This document shows positions 8,672-22,800 of a stretch of DNA of 64,000 bases, piece by piece. The translations under genes were made by a program, and so were the position numbers. The notes beneath the pieces were generated by a model. The model was not told the origin of the DNA. It made no database searches and saw nothing but the letters and a program-made list of their open reading frames with translations. How positions within the stretch are numbered: the first letter of the stretch is position 1; each line of letters starts with the position of its first letter. Source of the DNA: Azolla caroliniana (Eukaryota; Plantae; Polypodiophyta); assembly GCA_043228905.1 (NCBI GenBank), contig JBHGNT010000009.1:4836001-4900000 (forward strand), given 5' to 3'.

Positions 8672-11600
8672 GGTGTCCCTCTTTGCTTCGTCGAAGCTTT
8701 CCGACTCCCCCTCGTCGGTTAGCAGTACATACATACTCTTTATCCAAAAATCTTCAAGGGGCACGTCTTTCTCTCAAAGGGTATCATCTTCCTTTGTTTT
8801 CCTCAACCGGTTTGCTAGGATCTTCCTCTTCTCCTTCAGTTGGTTCTTTGTCTGGGTTGGAGTCGACTACTTCTCGTTCCTCGTTGGATCCAACTCCGCG
8901 TCTGACAAGCCTCCGATCGACCCGACTTGTTCAAATTCGATCAGCTCTCCATGTTATTTACTCCAACTTTCGACTGTTCAAGAGGATGTATCTGACTTCT
9001 CCTTCTCCCAATCAACAATAGTCTTATCCTCAATGAAAGATTATGTCTCTGCTCCAAATGACCTTCTTGTCAGCTAAGTTCCATAGTCGGTAACCAAATT
9101 CGTCATCGCCATATCCCAGAAATATGCATGGCCAAGATTTCGGATCTAGTTTTCCCCTTTGATCCTTAGCCACATGCACGTAGGCAAGACAATCGAACAC
9201 CTTTAGGTGTTAGTACAATACGTCTTTGTTGGTCCACAGCCTTTCTAGAATATCTTCATCCAAGGATGTTGAGGGTGATATGTTTATCACATACGTTGTT
9301 GTCATCAACGCCTCAGCCCAGAATGTCTTGGACAACTTGGCATGTGCTAACATACTTCGGACCCTCTCCATGATGGTCTGGTTCATCCTCTCGGCCAATT
9401 CGTTGAGTTCTAGCATTTTCGGCACGGTATACTTGAGTCGGATTCCCTTCGACCGATAGTACTCTTCGAACTATCCTCGGTACTCTCCTCTGTTATCCAC
9501 TCGAACCGCTTTTAGTTGTTCGTTGGTCTCTCTTTCGACTCTCGCTTGGAACTCCTTGAAGACCGAGAGCACATGGTCCTTGGTCTTCAATACAAAAACC
9601 CACAACTTTCGACTATGGTCATCAATGAAAGTCACAAAATATTGTGAACATGCATGTGACTTAGTGTCTATGTAGCATATGTCAATATGCATGAGTTCCG
9701 GCGGTATTCTCTTCCTTGTCAAGGACGTAGTTCGGAAAGCGGTTCTGTTCTGCTTGCTAGCCAAGCAATCGGTGCACTTCTCAAGTTGCACGTTCTTCAC
9801 CTCCGGAATGAGGTTGTCGTTAGCAAGTCTTCGCATCCCCTTCTTGCTCATGTGACACAACCTCTTGTGCCACAACTCACCAACTATGTCGGCTGCCACA
9901 TTCACTTCCTCTCAACATATTCAGGCATGCATTAGATACAGTGTTTTAGTTTTCCAAGCTCGGGCCACAATCAGGATCCCTTTGCATAACTTCATGATGT
10001 CGTTCCGGATGTTATCTATGTAGCCTTCGTCATCTAGTTGACCAACTTATATCATATTCAATTGAACTTCTGAAACGTGTCGGACATCCTTTAGCACTAG
10101 TCGGCACCTGGTCGACATCATCAAACACACATCTCCTATGCCGACAATTTGGCATCCTCCTTCATTTCCCATCTTTACAAGATTGTGGTCTCCGGCCTTG
10201 TACGATGAGAAGCACTTTTGGTCAGGGATTAGGTGAAACGACGCACCCAAATCGACCACCCATGACGATTCATCATCGACATGATTTAGTTCGTTCTGCT
10301 CAATGATCAGCAATAGTTCCTCCCCACTTGTCGCGATAGCCGAGGTGTTCTTGCTGTCTAAAATCTTCTTCGAGCCTACACCATCAGCCTCCCCTTTCTC
10401 TTTCCAAAAGTTCCAATAATTCTTTTGGAAGTGCCCTAGATTCCCGTAATAGAAGCAGGTGGGCCTCCCCCTTGACTTCGACCTCGTCCCCAACTTCTCC
10501 CGATTCCTGGGACTTCTATTTCGGCCCCTTCCTCGGTTCATGTCACCTTCTATGACTAAGGCCTTGGGGTCGGTAATGGACTCTCTGTCGTTTTGATGAG
10601 CTTCATCATTTAGTAAGCTCGACTTCACCATCTCTAGGGATAAATGCTTCCCTCCTGGTTCGGCATTACCCAATGCGACAATGAGCTTTTCCCAACTGTC
10701 TAGAAGGGATCCCAGCAATAATAATGCTAATACCTCTTCAACAATAGGTACTTCTAGAGAGGTGGTCTAATTGATAAGTCCCTGGAAGGCATTCAAATGC
10801 TCCGCCATGCTGAAGCCATCCTGATACCGGAGTCTCACGATCTTTTTGAAGACTGAGACTCTATTCACAACGTTCTTGTTCTTGAACATTACGCCAATCT
10901 TCTTCCAGAGGTCGACACTCGTCTCTTCATCAAAGTTGTTGTATAGATTCATGTCTATAAAACACCTTATGTATGTAGCCGCCTTCAGATGCATAACTTC
11001 GCAAGTCGATGCATTGATCTTGTCTTACTTGGTCTTAACGTATTGCACCGACAACAAGTCTTTGCACACAAGCATATCGTGCATCTTCGACTTCCACATT
11101 GAGTAGTTGGACCCGATTAACTTGAACATTCCGCCAAAATGTTCGTCCATCGCTCTGATACAAGATTATTGAGAATTGACCAACCACAACCGGTTGTTAC
11201 GTATACGTATGCAGGTGCAAAGATCGAGAACGACAATATGCAGACAAACAGAAAAGCAGAAAGTACAAAGACACAGGTACTTGACGTGGAAAACCCAAAA
11301 TGGGAAAAACCATGGGAGCCCACAGACTCCGAACTATCGCACTATTAGTAAGAGGAATACAATAAGAAGCTTCACGGCACCAACCTTGAGTTCTTCTTCG
11401 TCTAAGCATATGGCTATGGAGAAGTTACTCACTCTCACTCTCTTACCCTCACTTAGTTACAAAGGCAACTACCAACTATAACTTTTCAACTATACAACAA
11501 TGATGATGATGATATCAAATAATGATTGCCCTAGATGTATTTATACTAATACAATATTCATGGCTATTTACAAATATAGCCCACAAGGGCACATTAACTC

Positions 11601-11800
11601 TATTTACAGATATAGCCCTGAGTCGGCTTCAAATGATTCGGCTATTAGTCGAATCGATTTGGATTCAATTTTTGGTCACGACCAAATAGAACAATCGGTT
11701 TGATTTTTTGGCCTCGGCTGAGTTGCTGTCAACCGATTCGGTTCTCCTTTTTCTTCAATTCGTGCTCCTCTTCGCATCCGAAGGGACCTGTTACCTAACA
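8672..11800 (-). mobile_element. degenerate Tnt1-like Ty1/copia element, 5' half (LTR 11800->~11167, mutated iMet PBS 11163-11152, gag, protease, integrase)
   Basis: TtGTATCAGAGC PBS followed by ATG 11150 (MDEHFGGMFKLIGSNYSMWKSKM), WVVDLGASFH, LWHKRLCHMS, YFVTFIDDHSR, FWAEALMT. LTR begins TGTTAGG at 11800. Confidence 0.88.
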
Positions 11801-14800
11801 GGTAATAGTGCATGCTCTTCTTATGAACCACGTCGTAGTGGTTCATGAGGTTGTGTACCAAGTTGTTGATAAAATGGCTCCCCTGGTCACTTATCAATTC
11901 AATCAGACATCCATACATGCACCAAATGTTTTCGTAGATGAATTTGGCCGTAGATGTGGTCGTGTTATCCCTCAGTGCTTTGGCTTCGACCCACTTGGTG
12001 CAGCAATCAATCGCAACAATAATGTAACGATTTCCCATTCGTGTCGGGGTTGGTTGGAATGGGCCCACAAAATCGAGACCCACAAAATGGAGTGGTCGAA
12101 GCGCGCGTCGCCAGATGATATCTGCACTCTTATGGTATAGTGTGTCGTGGAGTAAGTAGAATTGCCGACTTCGGACGGCCAATCGCTTCTTTTCATCCAG
12201 TGGTATGTTGATAGGTGGCAGGACAAAGGTGAGAAAATATGTCATGTCCTCAATCCACTTGTCCTCGGGGTCCTAATTGGGATTGGCTGAGTCGATTTGA
12301 AAAATTTCCCCATTCGAGAAGTCACCTTGTACGCCATCAACTCTTTTCCCGGACTCGAGTTGACTCAAATAGTCGGTAACGGCGTGTTGGACCCTTGACT
12401 TGTGATGAATGTCAAAATCGAATTCTTTTAATAAGAGCATCCATCTAACCCATCTGCCCATAAGTGATTGTTTCGTGACCAGGTACAGGAGCATTGAGGG
12501 ATCAACATGAAAAGTTAATTTACTACCGAGTAAGTAATGCAGAAACTTGGTTACACTATAGATCATCCCGAGGGCCTCTCTCTCGGTGTAGTTGAATAAT
12601 TCTTTTCTGCTATTGAGAGACGTCAACTAGTGTAATAGACCGGTCAATACGAGTTGAGTGTTGTTAACTACATCGAAGCACTTCCAATTGCCATATCAGA
12701 GGTGTTGACAAAAACGTGCAAGAGTTGCGTCCAATTCGGTGGTTGGACGACGAGTGCTTGGGACAACATTATTTTCAAGGCCTTGTGTGCTTCGTCCTCG
12801 ATAGAGGTCCACTGAAACGGTATGCGGTGAATAGTCGCATGTAAGGGTGTCGCAAAGTCCGCCAGGTAGCGGCCATTCGGCTATGCCACCAAATCTTTCC
12901 AAGAAATTGGCTTAAGGCTTTCACATTTTTCGGTGCGGGTGTGTCGAGGATAGCTTTGACTTTATCAAGATCGACCTTGATTCCCTCACGGCTAACAATA
13001 TGCCCTAGTAGTGCTCCGCTGGTGACGCCGAATGCACATTTTGTCAGATTCAAGTTGATATGTGTTGCTTGACATTGAGCTAAAGGCGAAGGTGTTCTAG
13101 ATGTTCGAGTCATCGTCCGTAGACAGAAAAATCATCTAGAAATACATGTATGAATGTTGGGATGTAATCATCAAATATCTCCATAATGATCTGATGGAAT
13201 GTTGTCAGCGTTGTTTTCAAGCCGAACATCATTGTGATAGCCACGAAAACGCCCCATTCTGTGACGAAGGTTGTCTTTTCCTAGTTGTCCGGGTGCATTC
13301 GAATTTGTTTGTATCCATTGAACCCATTCAGGAAGGTATAGATTTCGTGGCCTGCTACTGTGTCCAATATGCCATCAATGAAAGGTAGGGGAAAATCATT
13401 GATGATGGTGGCAGCATTGAGTTTCTAGTAGTCGATGCAAACCCGAATTTCTCTATTCTTCTTTGACACGATGACAATTGACCCGCAGAATCTTGTCAAT
13501 TTCCTCCTTCACCCTCGCCGCGTAGTTGGGGTTCATGTGGTCTTGCCTCGACTGAACCGGTTTGGCATCTTTATTCAGATGAATTTGATGTTGGTAATAC
13601 CGAGGATCTAGGCCTTGCATCTCACTGTATGACCAGGCGAACACATCTTTATACTCTCTTAATAGATCCACCATCGCCGATTTCTCGGTCGGCGCAAGCT
13701 CCTTAGTGATTTTAATCGTCCAAGGATCCTCAATTGTCCCCAAATCGATTTCTTCCAAGGTTGAGGCTTGCACACACTAGGAGATCACCATTTCCCGCTC
13801 GAGGGCTTATTGGGCATGTCATAATTCGTCCACGGATTCTGGGTCTGATTCCCGTAAGGTGTTCTCTGCCTCGGTGTCCCTCTCGGACACATACGGGCTC
13901 ACTGCTTCAACAACATCGATTTCGTACTGCGGTATGATCTTCGGGTTGTCGTCTAGGTATCGTTCGACTTCGTCATCTGTCAACCTATTCAGCATATGTA
14001 CCCCCTTGGCGTACAGTGCGGTGGTTTCCTTGGTGGTTGTTGTTCGCTCTTAGGTGGGGACGCGAATCTTGGTCTTTCCTTGGTGGAATGTTATGATATT
14101 GCGTTGTCAATTCGGCTTAATGTTGGTTGTTCTTAGCCGCAGTCGTTCGGGCATAATCGAGTAAGTGCATGGGGCTTCTAGTTGCAACATGACCACCGAC
14201 TACAAATTCTAGGCGTTGAATTAGACAAAGGGGTCTCACGGAGCAAGTGTCTGCCATCCTTAGCCAAAATGGGCAGGCTTCCCATTGAGTAATCCCAAGT
14301 CGAACGCATGTAAGAACATTGATTACGTTCACTCCGGAGCCACCATCGATTATATAGTCGCATACTTCCTGTCCTTTGACAAGAAGCTTTACGGTCAAGC
14401 TTTGTGCATCCATCATTGCTGGTCCTCCCTTGATTTGGCATGGTGAAGAGGCACTCTCTGTCGTTCCTTGTCTCTTGTCATGGTCGCCACAAGTCTCTTT
14501 GAATTGAGAAAGGAGATGTAGTAGCTTACTTAGTGGCATCGATATTTGGTAGCTAGTTAAAGCCTGCCAAATCGGGTCTTCCCCAAGTGGTTCCCAAAGG
14601 GGGAGGCCTGGGGGTTGATGATTGTGATATCGCGCATTTTTGTTTGCATTCATTCAACATTTGCGTTGTTGGGCTTTAGCAATCCAAACTTTAGCTGCTT
14701 GGTGGATCTTGTCTTGAATGTCCCATTTCGATTGTTGAGCCTTGATGTGAGTAGTGACCTGTTGAACCTTTGTTGTGATTTTGTTGACCGTCAGTGCCTT

Positions 14801-16091
14801 CCCTCAATCATTGTCCGGGCATGGAGTGGTGTAGTGCCCCGGTTTGTGGCAATGGAAACATATGACAAGGGCCACTTGGTTAGACTCTCCCATGATCTGC
14901 TTGGGGTGGTGGTGGTTGCAAGGCAGGTTCATTTCGTGGTCGAGGATCGTAAGGTGGTGTCTACCTGGAGTGTCGATCGTCCCTTTGATCCTCGTTAGGC
15001 TGACATCAACGAGTGCCAGTCGAGTGTCCTCTCTACGTCGTTGGTCTTGTTTGCGTCGGTATTGCTGTAATGCCTATTATTCACAAAACGATTGTTGTTG
15101 GTTGGCCTCCTCTCGGCTCATGGCTCGCATGGGTACCGAGGCGCATACTCCTCCTCGTATTGGTCTTGGTCATAGTCGTAGTTGGCATCACCGTATCTAT
15201 CCTCTGTTGGCCAGAAGTTGTCCTTGTAACGGGGTCGTTTGGAATCTCGAAAGCAACCGGTTGGCGGAATCGATCCTCATTCTGCATTCAATCATTGGGT
15301 GGCTCGATTTGGCGCATTGGAGCCATTGCTCTGTTCAGTAGGTTGTATTCGCATTGATCAAGGGTATGCGCAGGGGAGTGATAGATTGGACAGTGCGACC
15401 TCATCGTGCACGCAACCGTCGAATGACCCGTATTCAAACATGTTGTGCATTGCACGGCCTACTGAAAACGGAGCTCTTCTGCTTTCAGCAAGGCGCGTTG
15501 TAGTGAGGCCATCAAGAGAGTATTGTTTGTTTGGACATTGTCCATGGTTAAGATGCGATCGATGACATGCTTGATCGAGTTTTGAGAAAAGTCTAGCAAC
15601 ACCAAGGTCGTCTAAAGTGGCTCCTGGAGCGCTATGAGGAATGTATACATGAGTTCTTCTGTTGGGATTTGTCGGGCCAACTACCATCGTAGGTTCTAAA
15701 ACCTAATGATAAACTATAGAACCGATTCTTGGGGTTCTTGGGAGATGGCGTAGAACTGGCTGATGAGTTCCCATTTGGGGATTTGCTTATGGAAGAGTCA
15801 GATAAATCTGTCCTGAAGCTCTTGAAATGATGGAAACTCTCCCAACTCATGTTGGGAGTGCCAGTTTGTTGCTTGTCCATCGAGTGACAAGCCGAACTCC
15901 ACGATTTTTTATGCATCCACATCAACCGCGGCTAAGCGTTGGGAAACGTGGTTAGCTTGCCACGTTGTGAGGAACATGTGGACATGCGCATCTGCGTCTG
16001 CGTCATCATTGTTCTTGGGTATGGATACAACATTATGTCGATTTCCAAGTCCTCCAAGACTCCCCAAAGTGGGCATATGAAGGACGAACAT
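11801..16091 (-). mobile_element. old degenerate Ty3/gypsy element (gag, protease, RT, RNase H, integrase), probably non-chromovirus type
   Basis: Protease IIDGGSGVNVI (14117-14653), DVFAWSYSEMQGLDP (13453-13773), RT LNLTKCAFG..LLGHIVS, RNase H EREALGMIYSV..LLLKEFDFDI, integrase DFVGPF..TKWVEAKAL..SDQGSHF; cut at 11800/11801. Confidence 0.9.
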
Positions 16092-19000
16092 AAGAGAACT
16101 TAAGTTCTTTCACGTTGAACTTGACACGAAGATCAAGTGTCATTGAACAAGGGCACTTCATCCATGGGATTTAGATATGCTCTCTTGTAAGATAAAACTG
16201 GTATCCTTTGTTTTCAACATGCACCGCTTCATTTTCTTTAAGCATGAACTAGTTACTATAAAATAAAGTAGATTGTTGGAGGAGAGTGATTATAGATCCC
16301 ATATATTTGGTATGACAAGTCTACAATCGACGATGGCATGGCTTTGGTTGTAGCAGGCCTCCCAAGTGCCATCCTATTCCCTAATCCATGATGGTGTTCT
16401 ATTTGTCATTATAGATTGGGAGTTTGAATCCTAAAATAAGCAAACCCTACAATGATGGTCAGGAACTCTATTGTTGGATAAAGAATATTATTCTATCTTT
16501 TTAACATGTGTCATATCATTTTCTTTTGAGCATGCACTTGTCCTTATCAAAGGAATTAAAGTAGATTGTGAGGAGAAAAAATGATGATTCATTAATCAAT
16601 TTGTCATTGTAATTGTGAGTTCAAATCCCAAAATGAGCAAACACAACAATGAGATCTCTTGCTCATTATATAGCTTTTAGGGATATTTTTCTTTTAAGTT
16701 GGATGTAATGAATACCTTAGAACCAACATAATTTATGTGGCCCTACCTAACCAACTAGATAAACTATTAATTCTAGAGAATGATGCAATTGTAAAGAGTA
16801 AAAATATTGCTTAACATTAGCTTAATTGGTAGAGCACAATATATAATTGCCTCATTATAGTAGTTAAGTAACTCATTCAAATCTAGTATTTAGCTATAAT
16901 AAATATCTTAGAACAACATATTAAGGCTTATCAGATATGGCACGCTTGGTTCAAGCTATGAGTACACAACGAACACGCAAAGGAGGAAGACCTCGTCACC
17001 ATAACGGCGTGCCATGGGGCCCACCCACTCGAACAGAGTCCTGACATGCCGAACAAGAAGAAAATGTGCAACAATCCGCACTCAACAAGCCCTCTCTTCA
17101 AGAATCGAAAGCCTAGACAACAACGCTTCCCGATTCGGGTTCGACCAACGGTAGTAGTTCCGAGGTCGAGCATTCCTGGGGGACAATGAGAGTTATTATG
17201 TGAACCAACCCACTAGGAGGAACACACATTGTTCCTTAGAGAAGAGGCGATAACATGGTCTACCATTGACCATCATGCAAAGCTGCACCGCAAACATGTT
17301 GGGTAGCTATATGACAAGAGGAGTTGTTGCACGATACACGGCACCCTTTTTCCATGCACTATCATGTACATTAGGGTGAGGAGGTTGATGTTATACCTCG
17401 TCACTTATCTACCCAAACCTAGGCTCAATGTTGAGCCTAAGGTTCATGCTATTCCACTCCTCCCCTTTGCGTTTATCTATACACAAACGTACCCATACAC
17501 ACGCAAACATAGAGGAGAACATTATGTGCCCAAAATATCCTCATATGTTTAAAATAAAAACATGAACACCTTGTCTACCTGCCACTAAATTTGTACTCCT
17601 AATCCACCTTTCCCCCATACTTTAAAACCCTCATATATCCTAAAATTCCTTTTCCCAAATAGCCAAAATATAACACACATGCACAAAAGACACACACACG
17701 CACACTCACTCATGAAACCAAACATACAAGTGTGCATTAATATGAAAACACAATTTGTAGCAAAGTCAATTCTACATCCATACACGTTCACACAAACACA
17801 CGCGCGCGCGCGCGCACGTGGACAACGCAACACACACAACCCCCCTCATTAGTATATGTATCATACATATGATCATTAACAATTGTAGATCAATGCAAGT
17901 TATTCCATGTGCATGTTTGTGCATAAGACGCATGCACACGTACTTAAATAAAATAACACACATACAAATTCAAGAATAATTGCACACACAAACACACAAC
18001 ACAACTATAATTCGGAACACGCCACCTTGTTGGGCATGGGAACACACATTAAAGAAGGTAAAATCATTCTTGTACGTGGTCTAATAGGCACAAATTTGAG
18101 TGCTCCCACAACTACCAAAAGTAAAACAACCGAGTGTGGTCTTTCAAACCTCTCTACTTGGTTCAAAACCTTACTAGTCCCACAAGCACAAATTTCTGCG
18201 ACATCGTGGTTTGTTGTCCCACTTGACGATCTCGTTACAACCCACCCTAATCTCTATCATAGCCCTTTGTTCTCGTAGCACCATCTCGAACATCGGGATT
18301 ATGGTAGACACATCTCCTTGATTCTCCATATCCTTGCCACATGTTCATGACTCGTTCATTGAATGCCCTATCGTGGTGTAGCTAAATTGTGTGTGGCTAG
18401 GTGTATTGTTGGGGACCGGGGTTGTAACTTGTAACCTAAGAGATGAGAAAGAAAAAGGTAGAAAATTTATACCTATAGGCTATAGGTTTAAAGCATAAAG
18501 AAAATGATTTTATCCCTTCGCACATATTGATGAGGCATTGCATGTTGGTGCGTGTGTGAGGATGTACGTTGAGATGCTACCGCTTGGTGCTTATGCTTTA
18601 ATATAAATGATATATATGCATATGTTTTCGGACATTTTATTTGGATGCGTGGGAGTGGGCTTAAAGCATATGACATACATGTTTTGTAGCTCTTTGCATC
18701 GACAAGCAATTGAGTTTCAACTAATGCAACAGATTCATGGACACAAACTCAAGAAGCACAAAGCATGGATGCAAAACCTTGAGAAGGAGAAGCATAATGC
18801 CTTGTTAATTCCCTCGTTACTAATGTATGTATTATATCTCGATGCTCACAAACTAGGGTTTCTCAATTCACGTAAACCAGGCACATCTTACGAGCCGCGG
18901 TTTCCGTCCGGGCAATACGGTTTCTAGTCGGCCTTCACGTTCGATGTCGTGTCCCATTATTCAATGGGGGGGGGGGGGGGGGTAAAAAAAAGACGAATGG

Positions 19001-19228
19001 TTCGAGAACACGACGGGCGAAGAGAAGGCGAAGAAGGTAAGGAAGAATGGTTCGAGAGGGCTCTTCTACAGATTGGGGGGGGGGGGGGATGGGTGTCCAA
19101 AAGAGATGGGCGGGCGCCCAAAAGCAGTAGGTCCCCCTCCTTGGCACCAGTGTGAAACCGGACATTTGTCATTACTATGGACATAACCCAACATAACATA
19201 ACATACATCCATTTTATGTACATACATG

Positions 19229-19259
<31 letters not shown>

Positions 19260-19296
19260 TGTATCTGATTCTGGTTTTCTGTCGTCTCTTTCTTTC

Positions 19297-19326
19297 TTTC
19301 CCGCCATTCAACCACATTTTCCCGCC
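19297..19326 (+). promoter_or_regulatory. two tandem E2F binding sites (TTTCCCGCC) upstream of ORC1
   Basis: TTTCCCGCC at 19297-19305 and 19318-19326 match the E2F consensus TTTSSCGS; plant pre-replication-complex genes are established E2F targets. Confidence 0.75.
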
Positions 19327-19443
19327 ATTAAAACCTAACAAATCTCTCTCTCTCTCTCTACTCTCTCTCTACTCTCTCTCTCTAGCAGAGTCTCTCACTC
19401 AGAGAGTGCCGTTACCCCTCCACTAACCCTAAATAAGCCTAGG

Positions 19444-19452
19444 AAACCCTAA
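19444..19452 (+). promoter_or_regulatory. telo-box (AAACCCTAA)
   Basis: Exact motif, plus near-copy TAACCCTAA at 19424-19432, close to the presumed transcription start. Confidence 0.45.
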
Positions 19453-19683
19453 GCACAGACTCAGATTCACACTCTCACATACATACTCAGCTCACTCTTT
19501 CTCTCTCTACCCACTCAGACACAGAGGAAGAGAGGAGGAGGAGAAGGAGGAAGAAGAAGAGTGTATATGTTGTTGGGTATATATCTTATTAAGGCTATGG
19601 TGAATTGATGATCCTTCTTCTTCTTCTTCTTCTTCTTCTTCTTCTTCTTCTTCTGTTTGTCTAAGCTCCCATCGCCCTTATCT

Positions 19684-19732
<49 letters not shown>

Positions 19733-19822
19733 CTCTCCCTCCAGCTCTCTCCAGAACACTCTAAATCTTTATCCTCTCAGGGGTTTTATTATTCCCTCCA
19801 TTCTCCTCTGCTTTTGACAGCG

Positions 19823-22800
19823 ATGGAGATCTCGTGCAGGAAACCCCCACTGAGCAACACTCCTTGCAGAGAAGCTCTTCCGTGTCCTCAGAGCTCTGCC
19901 AAGAAACGCCAAAGAGGACCTGATTCTTCTGCAGGTAACTTCTGTTTCTCCTCGAAACATTGGCGTAGTCAATGTGAGAAAGAAAGAAAGATCTAATTTT
20001 TTTACTTTTCTTTGGTGCTGTCTGCAATTCTATCTGTATGGAACAGATATAGAGATGTAACTGCTTGTGGGTTCTTCTGAAATGATCGAATTGTTGCTTT
20101 ACTCATTATGGAATATGAAATCGCATCTGGAATTGCGTTAAATTAGTTCATTTTGCTTCTGAATTGTTTTGAATAGAGAGATTTGCATCTTGATTGATTG
20201 TACAAAAACAAAACATTTCTCTCTTTTGAGCTGGTAAGAAATGAGCTAATGGAGTTTTGTCTCCCTCAGAATGAACAAATTTGCGTTTTGTTTTAATCTG
20301 ATCCCCTCGGATTGTCTTAATTTGCGCCAATTTCGTGTTTGATTGACTTTGTTTAAAAAATTTCCAGATGATTGTACACCATCGCCCAACAAATCATCTA
20401 GAAAGTCCACGCCACAGACACCCGAGATTGGTGATCAATCCACTCGTTTTCGACCCAGGAAATTAGGGTTTGATGCAGGGCCGCTTTCTTCTTCTTCATC
20501 ATCATCAGAGAAAGAAATCTCAAAGGAAAATCTTGAACCTGATGCGACTCAAAAAACCAGAGGAACTCATTCTGATGAAGGAGAAGTAGCCTCATCACAA
20601 ACACCGATTCGTCAGCCTTCGTTGATCAGGAGAGCTTCACCAAGGTTAGCAGAGAAGACTCCAGCTGTGGTTCCAACACAGGATTCAGTGAAGAAACAAC
20701 AGAATGTGGTGAAAGCTCTACAATTTGCTCCGTCTACTCCAAAGAGGAAGAGTTCGGAGAAGAAATTGAACCCTAGCTCGCCCAATGCTACCATTTTGAC
20801 GCCCTCAAAAAGGCTGAAGAGGAAGTGGCTTGATCATGTGGTTATAGACAGGGTGAAGTTCAGTGTCGGGGACGATGTATATGTGAGGAGGACCGATGAG
20901 GAAATTGATGAAGAGGTCGAGGGCTGCCTTATTTGTGGAAAAGCAGGGAAGCTCGTGGAGTGCGATAATTGTTCTCGAGGTATTCATTTGAAATGTAACA
21001 ATCCTCCGCTGAAGAAGGTTCCGGAAGGCGATTGGTTGTGTCCGAAATGTGCGGCCGCATTGAACCCTTCTGCAGAAGCCGATTTACCGCAAACAAGTGG
21101 GATTCATAAAGATATGGAGGCACCCAAGACAGCCCGTGAGTTGCTATTGGCAAGCAAGCTTTGGGCAGCTCGAATTGAACGGTATTTCTCGTGCTGTAAT
21201 TCCATTGGAAGAATTAGGCGTTTGATATTTCATACTCTTTATCGTCTTATTGCAAACTACTGATTGACACATATATAATGCAATCATTGGATCAATGATC
21301 TTATAAGATCAACAGCACATAATACAGAGACCCATTTAAACGAATGCTATTGGATGCAAGTTGCAACAATATATTATATCTAAGCTATACGCTTCCTACT
21401 GGTTGAATTCAAAAGTAAATGAAAGAATTATGCCATCTGACACATATTCTGTTTAAAGGTGAATTGTATATATACACTAAGGTTTCTGTTAACGATGCAT
21501 CAGACAGCTACAATACTGTATATTATGAAGAACTATGACATTAGATTCATGAAAAGACTGTATATTTCTTTCCTATGATGTAATGAGCATACTCATATCC
21601 ACATTGCATACCATGGAAGAATGATGCTGTGTTGGAATGATGCCATTTGGTGCAAATCTGTAATGGATACCTTCCCTTGCTCTCCTATTAATTAAACACC
21701 CTTCCAACTCGCATTTTGGTTATCATTCCCACCAATCTAAACCTAAAACTTAATTTTGCAGACTATGGAAGAATGATGTAGATGGGTCTTTGTGGTTTCG
21801 AGGGCGCTGGTATGTTATCCCTGAAGAGACATCTATCGGGCGCCAGCCTCACAATCTTAGGAGAGAATTGTTCCTCGGAAATCAAGTAGATGAGAACGAG
21901 GTTTGTGAGACATACTATATCCTTGTTATGCCGGTCTTTATGGGTTGAAAGTGGTTATACATACCTAGGAATTCTCTGTAATAAATCTGATGAGCATGAC
22001 TTTCTGTAACATGCTTGATCTTTTTGTGATAGCTTAAGACACTCTAAAGTGGATTGATTGAGTTGTCTCCATCTTTAGATAACCGGTTCTGCAATATGTA
22101 TGGAATAACTATGGCCAACTGACTTCTGACTCTTTATGGCTTCAAACAGGTTGAATCTATATTAAGAAAATGCTTTGTGATGAGCCCCAATGAGTTTCGG
22201 AATGCAGGCAGAGACGGAGATGATGTTTTCCTATGTGAATATGAGTATGACAACCAATTTGAGACTTTCAGGCGCATATCAGACATGGAGATGGATGGTC
22301 ACACATCATCTGATGATCTTGAAGATGAAGTGTATGAAGCCAAGGAAGATGCAGATGATAGTGAAGATGATGCATTAGTTCAAGGCAGAAAGAAACTGTA
22401 CTCCCGAATACAGGGAGACTCTCTACTGAAGCCATGCACACCATCAAAGGCAGCGGTTGGTTATCTGTTCATGTTGCATTTTTGGGGTTTAAGATTTATG
22501 TTTTTGGCTTTAGGATACAGACACATGTATCTATATGCATATGTGTGTGTATATATGTACACTTTCAAAACCTGAGATTGGACTTTTTTTTTTGCTTTTG
22601 TATAGGTTTTTATGTATTAGATTTTAGGGTGTAGGGAATATGGTCAGCGTTTTAGGGTGTGCTGCATTGTAGCACTAATTTGTTTTGCTTCTATTTTGTA
22701 ACAGAATTCTCGAGGTGGAAACCTGAAGATAGGTGCAAAGTCAATCCCTCAGAATGCAAGGATAAAACCTATGACAACCTTTGAAAGAGCAAGAGCTGCT

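Larger units (their letters stand above)
19230..19727. repeat. microsatellite cluster in the ORC1 promoter/5' UTR: (TATG)n, (CTT)n, (CT)n
   Basis: (tatg)n ~19230-19264, (ctt)n ~19614-19653, (ct)n ~19687-19727. Confidence 0.9.

Noticed and set aside
8592-9077. 161-aa and 136-aa + strand ORFs
   Set aside because: Antisense to the copia integrase-RT linker and running from LTR sequence; low complexity
15358-15687. LDDLGVARLFSKLD resembles a chromovirus RT motif
   Set aside because: Another frame reads as the expected gag (FLIALQEPL*TTLVLLDFS..VIDRILTMD) at the right position, and no other RT motifs follow; treated as coincidence
20920-21050. PHD finger embedded in the ORC1 BAH region as a novelty
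   Set aside because: Established feature of plant ORC1 proteins
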